DNA of 35,453 nucleotides from a virus (Duplodnaviria; Heunggongvirae; Uroviricota; Caudoviricetes): IMG/VR virus record IMGVR_UViG_2908567220_000004; one strand, 5' to 3'. Shown piece by piece: positions 29,043 to 35,453 of this stretch (position 1 is its first letter; each line of letters starts with the position of its first letter). The notes under the pieces were generated by a model. It saw only the letters and a program-made list of their open reading frames with translations, ran no database searches and was not told where the DNA came from. The position numbers and the translations under genes were made by a program.

Positions 29043-29302
29043 TTCGCACTCTCCGCATCGATTAAACTGATATCTATCAGAGAGGTAACTTTTTGTAGCC
29101 AGCTAGTGATTACTGTCGCCTGTTCCCCTCCCACCGATGGAAGAATCTCATTCATCACATGAACCAGACCTGTGCGCGCTCTGGTAAGCCGTTCAGTCGT
29201 GCGATCTGCAAGAGTGAATGTGTCTGGATATGGCTCTTCACGGCTCAGCAATGATTCAATTTCCAGCTCACACGGATGACGATAAATTAAGTTGATATTC
29301 AT
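29039..29302 (-). CDS. Hypothetical small protein
   Basis: 87-aa ORF, ATGA overlaps on both sides. Confidence 0.5.
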   Translation of the reverse strand: MNINLIYRHPCELEIESLLSREEPYPDTFTLADRTTERLTRARTGLVHVMNEILPSVGGEQATVITSWLQKVTSLIDISLIDAESAK

Positions 29303-29493
29303 TTTTCACCACCAAGAATTACCAGCTCTGCACGAGCATCGTTAACCAAAGATGAGCACGCTTTAATCGCATCCACGACATCAGCAGCGTCCATTTCTTC
29401 AGCCGAAAGACTGACAGCAACCAGGACAGCCGCTGCTTGCTCGATTAATTGAAGTGCGGACGTAAGTCGAGGGGCATTAATTGAGTTATTCAT
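29299..29493 (-). CDS. Hypothetical small protein
   Basis: 64-aa product from MNNSINAPRL; overlaps the upstream stop. Confidence 0.45.
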   Translation of the reverse strand: MNNSINAPRLTSALQLIEQAAAVLVAVSLSAEEMDAADVVDAIKACSSLVNDARAELVILGGEK

Positions 29494-29704
29494 TGGTTGC
29501 CCCCGTTTTTCCTGGCATTTCGCCACCTTCCAGCAGGAAATGAACGTCACGAACGGCGAGATCCAATATCGCGAGTAACGCCTTCAGTCTTTCGTCTCGT
29601 GAGGGAGAGTTGCTCACCAGAATGTCGTTAATCACTTCTGTCAGTGTGATGATCTGGCTTGTGCGTTCGAGGGGATCCATATGCACATCGTAGGTTTTAA
29701 TCAT
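29486..29704 (-). CDS. Hypothetical small protein, probable first gene of the alpha operon
   Basis: 72-aa product from ATG 29704 preceded by strong GGAGGTGG RBS. Confidence 0.45.
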   Translation of the reverse strand: MIKTYDVHMDPLERTSQIITLTEVINDILVSNSPSRDERLKALLAILDLAVRDVHFLLEGGEMPGKTGATNE

Positions 29705-30220
29705 GTGCCACCTCCATGCGGATACGACCAGCAAAAAAGCAGACGTGATCGCGCACCAGAGAACGGCGAGCATCGCGTTCAGACTCGGCAGCAATATGAT
29801 GAATTTTGGCGGTAATTGTCGGGCAATCGCGGCGAACTGCGGCGATAATCCAGATAAATTGCGGTTTTTGGGTAGGGGTAGTAGCCAGCATGTGGCAGCC
29901 TCCTTGTACTGGGAATTCTTCCCACCACCGGAGCTGCGAAACTCGCTGGTGGTGGACTGAACAGAGTTCGCAGTACCGGCGTACAAGGAAACCGGCCAGC
30001 CTTTCGGCTGCCCTGTCCAGCCCACCATAATTTTGCAAGCGACGCGGATTATAACCACATCACTGAAAAAAGTGTGAGTCTGGCTAACGGCACAAAAAAA
30101 GACGCTCGGCGCGTCATGTGTCGCCTCGTACATTTCCGGGCTGCGAAACCCGGCACCCGTTTTATGAGGTGCCTTATAACCATAAACCGTGTTGCCGCAT
30201 AACGGCAAGCTCTTTTTTAT
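29705..30220. other. Structured non-coding leader / candidate regulatory RNA region
   Basis: Hairpins at 29922-29955 and 30136-30153 share loop CTGCGAAAC; hairpin plus T-run at 30191-30218 on the plus strand; two minus-strand frames are open across the region. Confidence 0.4.
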
Positions 30221-30549
30221 GGACTCCGAAAACTCACTATTGGAAGAACCAGAAGCACAGTACATCGCGCTCATTTCGTTAACGTCACGCGCGTGGACGA
30301 ATGTTTTTGTGGAGTCACTACACGAGCGGAAGACATCATCTACGACCAGAAATTTTCTGGCGCAGCCGCTGACCTTCTCAATGCTAATATCATCGCCCGA
30401 GATTTCTGGTATGGTTAAGGCATCCGTTCCGACCACCAGCAAATGATAAACTTTGCTTGTATCTGCTGTATTAATGCCTGACTTTGCCGTCATATTTCTG
30501 GATTTTGGCGACATGCCAGCCAGTGAAAATGTCTTCTTCTGGACGGGTA

Positions 30550-30729
30550 TCATTGGTTAACCTCCGCGAACTCCTTCATGAAACGCGCCAGCGGTTGTAC
30601 GCATGGCGATTGATACCCGTCGCGATAAAACGTCACTCGGTTGTGAGACACGCTTTCGACAGTAACGAGTGCTCCGTGGGCATCTTTGTAGCGTTTTTGT
30701 GGTTGTGGTGTTCCTGTTGGCTTAGACAT
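30550..30729 (-). CDS. Hypothetical small protein
   Basis: 59-aa product from MSKPTGTPQPQ; overlaps the antirepressor-like gene stop. Confidence 0.4.
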   Translation of the reverse strand: MSKPTGTPQPQKRYKDAHGALVTVESVSHNRVTFYRDGYQSPCVQPLARFMKEFAEVNQ

Positions 30730-31555
30730 TGAGCGCCTCCAGACGCTTGGCGAGCCAGCGTTGCGACAGGCGGGTGAGTTCTCCTTTGCGCTGCTCATAT
30801 TCCATGCCCATATCAATTAACGTGATATTGGTGCTTTCGAGATATGAGAGGTGCTCAAGCTGTTCTGCGTTCATATGGTCGCGAGGTTCGCCAGAATAGC
30901 CATTTATCCGCGCCCACTGCTTAGCAGTTAGCCCACCAAGAACGATACGAGAAATCATATTGCTCTCGTTTGTGTAGTGGTGTTGCTGCGTCGTTTTACC
31001 CATCTCGGCACGGGCCATATTCAGCGCATCGCACATTGGCTTAAAGTTGTTTGCGGCACTGAGACGGGCTTTTAGCTGGCGACGATAGCGGGCGGCGATT
31101 TCAGGAACGCTACGCTGTAATTCTTCCTCGCACTGGATGAAATAACGGCGGATAGCGCGACCCTGATCATTGCGTTCGATCATTGCCAGTTCTTTCGCCA
31201 TTCCGACACTTAACAGATAGTCTTTGCCGGGTCTGCCAGAGTGCTTTATCTTGCTGTAAGCCGCGCCATTCGGGCTTTTCCCCAAATTTGGGGAAATTGT
31301 TTTATGGACTGAGTAATCGTGCCCAATGGTGAAGTCATATTCAGAGATGCGATCAGTGATCCATGTAGAGAAGTCTTTTCCCACGCCCAACGCTTTGTGT
31401 AACGCTTTTGCGCTAACAATATTGGTTTCACGCCCACCGATATGACCAGGAATAACCGGGACAATTGCGGCAAATTCATTACCGTTAATTGTGCCCAGAG
31501 AGGCGTTCAGATGAGGGGCGGCCTCAGAAATTAATCTGCTTTTTTCGATGTTCAT
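30722..31555 (-). CDS. Phage antirepressor-like protein (AntA/Bro-N/Rha-like)
   Basis: 277-aa ORF; central region FSTWITDRISEYDFTIGHDY..GRPGKDYLLSVGMAKELAM reminiscent of antirepressor family. Confidence 0.55.
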   Translation of the reverse strand: MNIEKSRLISEAAPHLNASLGTINGNEFAAIVPVIPGHIGGRETNIVSAKALHKALGVGKDFSTWITDRISEYDFTIGHDYSVHKTISPNLGKSPNGAAYSKIKHSGRPGKDYLLSVGMAKELAMIERNDQGRAIRRYFIQCEEELQRSVPEIAARYRRQLKARLSAANNFKPMCDALNMARAEMGKTTQQHHYTNESNMISRIVLGGLTAKQWARINGYSGEPRDHMNAEQLEHLSYLESTNITLIDMGMEYEQRKGELTRLSQRWLAKRLEALNV

Positions 31556-31567
31556 TTTCAGTCTCCG

Positions 31568-31999
31568 TTAGGCGGCGTTAAACGCGTTCGGGTAGAGTTT
31601 CAGAATGTCGGCAATTTCCTGCTGAGAAAGTCCGTTGTGATCATTTATGTTCGCAAGATGGTTAACATGAGTGATCACTTTCAGAACATCACCACGGCAG
31701 GAGAAACGGTAGCGAAGGTGTGTTCCGATACCATCAGGATTCTTTTCGTCGATACGCTCCAGAGTGATTCCAAGCTGGCGTTCTAACTCTGTTGCATAGT
31801 TACGACCAGAAGACAGACGGCAGTAGCGAAGAATGTCATTTTCTGTCCATCCCTCTATACCAGTACGCAGCATATAGACTCGGGCACGATGCTTTTTCGG
31901 TGTGCGCTTTGGTGCTTGAAGGGATTTTGTAAGGGGCGTAATATCAGATACGCGAATATCTGAATTAGCCGCCTGTAATGGGCGGTTTTTCTTTTCCAT
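31568..31999 (-). CDS. Hypothetical protein
   Basis: 143-aa ORF, TAATG-coupled to alpA. Confidence 0.55.
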   Translation of the reverse strand: MEKKNRPLQAANSDIRVSDITPLTKSLQAPKRTPKKHRARVYMLRTGIEGWTENDILRYCRLSSGRNYATELERQLGITLERIDEKNPDGIGTHLRYRFSCRGDVLKVITHVNHLANINDHNGLSQQEIADILKLYPNAFNAA

Positions 32000-32202
32000 C
32001 AGGCCACCTCGTCTCTAGATTCTAATATACACTTCTCAATCCATTCATCTATTTCAGACTCAACAAAAGCAATTGCCCGACTTCCAATTTTTACCTGTTT
32101 AGGGAACCTCCCCTGACTAATAAGACGATAAATCCATGCTTTGCTATAACCAGTTCGCCTTTGAACTTCAGAGAGACGAATTAATGAATTGTAATTAGCC
32201 AT
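31999..32202 (-). CDS. alpA: AlpA-family transcriptional regulator/excisionase
   Basis: 67-aa ORF LIRLSEVQRRTGYSKAWIYRLISQGRFPKQVKIGSRAIAFVESEIDEWI typical of AlpA/Vis HTH. Confidence 0.85.
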   Translation of the reverse strand: MANYNSLIRLSEVQRRTGYSKAWIYRLISQGRFPKQVKIGSRAIAFVESEIDEWIEKCILESRDEVA

Positions 32203-32629
32203 TTATTAATATCCTGTACTAATGACGCAATAACCCCCTCCTGCAACGAATGGCGAGAGTTTTATTTGCGTCAAATGTCGAATACGCCAAAGACCACAAT
32301 ATGAAAAACATATTGCGGTCTTTTATAAAAGATAGTCAGATTGTTTTGGTTTGTTTGCTCCACAAGGGTAGAGCTACCCTGCATTTCGGCAGGATCACGC
32401 TATTAGGCGTGACATCCAGTAGTTTTAAAGAACAATTGCGCTTTGTCAGCGCCAAAGCCTGTTAAAGAACATTCCGCTTTTCAGCAGCGTAGAAGGCTCA
32501 ATACACCTTCGTTTATAAAAGAGCGATTGCCCTTCTCCAGGGCTAACTGTTAAATAGCAATCCTCTGTGAGTTTTTATCAATCTACTCCCCTATACTTTA
32601 GTAAACCTCTGTATACTTGTCCAGTTGTT

Positions 32630-33844
32630 TCATGCGTGTTTTTCAAACACCATATGCACCACATTTCCGCCATGCTCGAGAGAATCCATATAGTCGGCAT
32701 ACCATTGAAGCATCTCCCGCCGTCCATCCAGATATTGCGCATGGTTGTATGTGCCACGAATTGAGTTCTTATCAACGTGAGCGAGCTGCGTTTCTATCCA
32801 CGCGGTGTTATAGCCCTGCTCATGCAAAATCGTGCTCATAGTGTGTCGGAACCCATGACCAGTTACACGTCCAGCGTAGCCAATGCGCTTAAACACTTGG
32901 TTTATGCTGGCCTCACTCATTGTTTTCCTTGGATCATTGCGCCCGGGAAACATAAGAGGGTAATTGCCTGTTATTTCTCTAATCTTCCCAATAAGCGAAA
33001 GAGCCTGCTCAGACAATGGCACAATATGAGGCCGCCGCATTTTCATACGTGAAGCGGGTATCTCCCATATAGCCTTGTTGAAATCAATTTCATCCCATAA
33101 TGCGCCACGTAGTTCGCCAGTTCGCAAGCCGGTGATAATCAGTAGACGAGCCGCCATAACAACCAATGCGCTTCCTGAGTAACTGGACAATGCCTTGAAA
33201 AAATCAGGTAATTCTTTGGTCGTAAGGAAAGGGTAATGATTAGATTCATGGCCTTGCATCGCGCTAGTAAGGTCTGGTGCAGGGTTATACTCTGCGCGAC
33301 CAGTGACTATTGCATAGCGGAAAACTTCCCCGCACCGCTGCCTCACTTTTTTGGCTTTTTCTGTCGCACCGCGCCCCTCGATGCGCCGCAGCACATTCAG
33401 AAGTTCAAGTGGTTTGATTTCGGCGATTGGTTTTTTGCCAATGTAAGGGAACACATCTTTGTTGAAGGCTTCGAGGATGTCTGAAGCATAACCAGCAGAC
33501 CATTTTTTTAATTTGCTGCTGTGCCACTCAAGGGCAATATCTTTGAAGGTGTTGTTTAACTGCGTTTCCCGGGCAATCTTTTCCTCTCGTTTCGCTTCCA
33601 TCGGATCGATACCACCAGCGATACCTCTTTTCGCATCTTCACGTTTTGCCCGAGCATCGGCTAGAGTAACCTCAGGATACACACCTAGTGCCAATAGCTT
33701 CTCTTTACCAGCTACACGATATTTAAGTCGCCAGTATTTACCTCCATTAGGTTTTACCAAGAGATACAAACCGCCACCATCGGCCAGCTTGTAAGCCTTC
33801 TCTTTTGGCTTGGCTGTGTCTATTTGACGGGCATTGAGTTTCAC
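32630..33844 (-). CDS. int: Tyrosine integrase, P4 type
   Basis: 404-aa ORF MKLNARQIDTAKPKEKAYKLADGGGLYLLVKPNGGKYWRLKYR.. with C-terminal catalytic region (HGFRHTMSTILHE..YNH). Confidence 0.9.
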   Translation of the reverse strand: MKLNARQIDTAKPKEKAYKLADGGGLYLLVKPNGGKYWRLKYRVAGKEKLLALGVYPEVTLADARAKREDAKRGIAGGIDPMEAKREEKIARETQLNNTFKDIALEWHSSKLKKWSAGYASDILEAFNKDVFPYIGKKPIAEIKPLELLNVLRRIEGRGATEKAKKVRQRCGEVFRYAIVTGRAEYNPAPDLTSAMQGHESNHYPFLTTKELPDFFKALSSYSGSALVVMAARLLIITGLRTGELRGALWDEIDFNKAIWEIPASRMKMRRPHIVPLSEQALSLIGKIREITGNYPLMFPGRNDPRKTMSEASINQVFKRIGYAGRVTGHGFRHTMSTILHEQGYNTAWIETQLAHVDKNSIRGTYNHAQYLDGRREMLQWYADYMDSLEHGGNVVHMVFEKHA

Positions 33845-33876
33845 TTGGGGGTACCTCCACTAAACCGAACAGCAAA

Positions 33877-33993
33877 TACCCCCATAAGTACCCCCATCTG
33901 ACCGTAGATTTTGAGGGACTTTAGTAGACGTCAAAAGACGAACGGGGCTTTAATACGCGGATTATAAGGGGTTTTGAAAGACTTTAGTAGACT
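33877..33993. repeat. Putative integrase arm-type sites between int and thrW
   Basis: ATACCCCCATAAGTACCCCCA (copy of 15367-15387) and two direct GACTTTAGTAGAC repeats at 33915-33928 and 33980-33993. Confidence 0.4.
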
Positions 33994-34003
33994 TGGGGAG
34001 ATG

Positions 34004-34026
34004 TTTGAATGGTGCCGATAATAGGA
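34004..34026. repeat. att core overlapping the thrW 3' end
   Basis: Direct repeat of 15284-15305. Confidence 0.6.
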
Positions 34027-34085
34027 GTCGAACCTACGACCTTCGCATTACGAATGCGCTGCTCTACCAACTGAGCTATATCGGC
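34010..34085 (-). tRNA. thrW: tRNA-Thr (anticodon CGU)
   Basis: Reverse complement reads GCCGATATAGCTCAGTTGGTAGAGCAGCGCATTCGTAATGCGAAGGTCGTAGGTTCGACTCCTATTATCGGCACCA; cloverleaf with anticodon CGT and encoded CCA. Confidence 0.95.
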
Positions 34086-34140
34086 CCTGAAAGGACATGT
34101 TCACGAACGTGAATCACGGTGGACAAGGTTAAAACTAACC

Positions 34141-34199
34141 GGGCGATGCGTCAATGGCCTTGTGAATCAAATGGCTACTTTTGCATCACCCGGTTTTAT
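34141..34199 (-). terminator. Possible proA terminator
   Basis: Imperfect long stem ACCGGGCGATGC / GCATCACCCGGT following the proA stop. Confidence 0.3.
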
Positions 34200-35453
34200 T
34201 TACGCACGAATGGTGTAATCACCAATGCCGATCCACTTGTAAGTGGTCAGTGCTTCCAGCCCCATTGGGCCACGCGCGTGGAGTTTTTGTGTGCTTACCG
34301 CCACTTCCGCACCCAGTCCAAACTGGCCGCCGTCGGTAAAACGCGTAGAGGCGTTAACGTAAACAGCGGACGAATCCACTTCGTTAACAAAACGCTGGGC
34401 GTTGCGCATATCGCGGGTCAGGATCGCATCGGAGTGTTGTGTGCCGTGTTCACGAATATGGGCGATGGCATCGTCAAGATCGCTGACGATTTTGACGTTC
34501 AAATCTAATGACAGAAACTCATCGTCATACTCTTCGGCTTTAACCGCCACCACCTTCGCGGGGCCTGCCTGCAACTGTGTCAGCGCAGCTGCATCTGCGT
34601 GTAATGTCACGCCGCTTTCCGCCATTTGTTTGCTTAATACGGGCAGGAAGCTATCGGCGATGTTTTTATTCACCAGCAACGTTTCTACCGTATTACATGT
34701 GCTCGGACGCTGGGTTTTCGCGTTGACGATCACTTTTAATGCTTCAGCAATCTCTGCACTTTCATCAACATAAATATGGCATACGCCTATACCACCTGAG
34801 ATCACCGGGATCGTCGACTGTTCGCGGCACAGTTTATGCAAACCAGCCCCGCCGCGCGGGATCAGCATGTCGATGTATTTATCCATACGCAGCATTTCAC
34901 TGACCAGCGCACGGTCAGGATTATCAATCGCCTGCACGGCACCCGCCGGTAAGCCACAGGATTTCAGGGCGTCCTGAATCACCGCCACCGTTGCCGCGTT
35001 AGTGCGACACGTTTCTTTGCCGCCGCGCAGGATCACTGCGTTACCTGTTTTCAGGCACAGCGAAGCGACATCAACCGTCACGTTCGGGCGCGCTTCATAA
35101 ATCACGCCAATCACCCCCAGCGGCACGCGACGACGCTCAAGACGCAGGCCGCTGTCCAGTACGCCGCCATCGATTACCTGCCCCACCGGATCGGCGAGGT
35201 TACACACCTGGCGCACATCATCGGCAATGCCTTTCAGCCGTGCGGGCGTCAGAGCCAGACGGTCAAGCATCGCTTCGCTAAGGCCATTGGCTCGCGCGTC
35301 AGCAACATCCTGGGCGTTAGCGTTGAGGATGATTTCGCTTTGTGCTTCCAGTTCATCGGCGATTTTATCCAGCACGCGATTTTTTTCGCGGCTGGAGAGT
35401 TGCGCTAATTTATACGAGGCTTGCTTCGCGGCAATGCCCATTTGTTCCAGCAT
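34200..35453 (-). CDS. proA: Gamma-glutamyl phosphate reductase
   Basis: 417-aa [40 protein letters not shown].. full length; start ATG at the window end; adjacent to thrW as in E. coli. Confidence 0.95.
   Translation of the reverse strand: MLEQMGIAAKQASYKLAQLSSREKNRVLDKIADELEAQSEIILNANAQDVADARANGLSEAMLDRLALTPARLKGIADDVRQVCNLADPVGQVIDGGVLDSGLRLERRRVPLGVIGVIYEARPNVTVDVASLCLKTGNAVILRGGKETCRTNAATVAVIQDALKSCGLPAGAVQAIDNPDRALVSEMLRMDKYIDMLIPRGGAGLHKLCREQSTIPVISGGIGVCHIYVDESAEIAEALKVIVNAKTQRPSTCNTVETLLVNKNIADSFLPVLSKQMAESGVTLHADAAALTQLQAGPAKVVAVKAEEYDDEFLSLDLNVKIVSDLDDAIAHIREHGTQHSDAILTRDMRNAQRFVNEVDSSAVYVNASTRFTDGGQFGLGAEVAVSTQKLHARGPMGLEALTTYKWIGIGDYTIRA

Larger units (their letters stand above)
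15305..34009 (-). mobile_element. P4/PICI-like integrative element (about 18.7 kb) inserted at thrW
   Basis: Bounded by the tRNA 3' end and its degenerate copy; P4-type integrase next to the tRNA, AlpA, alpha-type primase-helicase, iterons; no capsid, sid, psu or delta genes recognised. Confidence 0.6.

Noticed and set aside
28821..29302. Toxin-antitoxin pair among the small coupled genes (hok/sok or relBE as in Qin)
   Set aside because: No recognisable toxin or antitoxin motifs and no hok-like hydrophobic peptide; the genes are part of a seven-gene coupled operon.
29486..30553. Single 355-aa minus-strand ORF spanning the structured region
   Set aside because: Middle portion translates to low-plausibility sequence, a second frame is open across the same DNA, and a strong RBS with ATG at 29704 defines an independent 72-aa gene. 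Treated as a short 5' gene or leader plus separate small gene; unresolved without homologs.

Overview
This window is a composite mobile-DNA region at the E. coli-type proA–thrW locus: two integrative elements sit in tandem at the 3' end of tRNA-Thr(CGU). All homology calls are from reading the translated ORFs and sequence by eye, with no database search. (1) 1–15304 is the int-proximal part of a lambdoid (Qin/P22-mosaic) prophage: IS1 (cut by the window edge), cspB, an IS5 insertion with TTAG target duplication, cspF, Q antiterminator, DUF968, KilA-N, RusA, Dam methylase, O-like replication gene with internal iterons, Cro/CI switch, a DicF-like sRNA candidate, a YfdPQRST-like early-left block, Xis and a P22/DLP12-type integrase ending next to a degenerate copy of the tRNA 3' end. 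(2) 15305–34009 is a roughly 18.7 kb P4/PICI-like element: P4-type integrase beside thrW, AlpA, antirepressor-like gene, a translationally coupled small-gene operon ending in a 919-aa P4 alpha-type primase-helicase, iteron clusters, and a PerC/Pch-like regulator. Its cargo between the iteron clusters holds a four-gene block that resembles the podovirus ejection-protein module (P22 14-7-20-16 by order and size) and, convergent with it, an AT-rich two-gene operon (361-aa protein I cannot assign to any family plus a 145-aa multi-pass membrane protein) followed by a third small membrane ORF. That operon is my best candidate for an undescribed anti-phage or superinfection-exclusion system. (3) 34010–35453 is thrW and proA. 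The repeat-rich regulatory DNA and a structured leader region in the P4-like element are also worth a second look.
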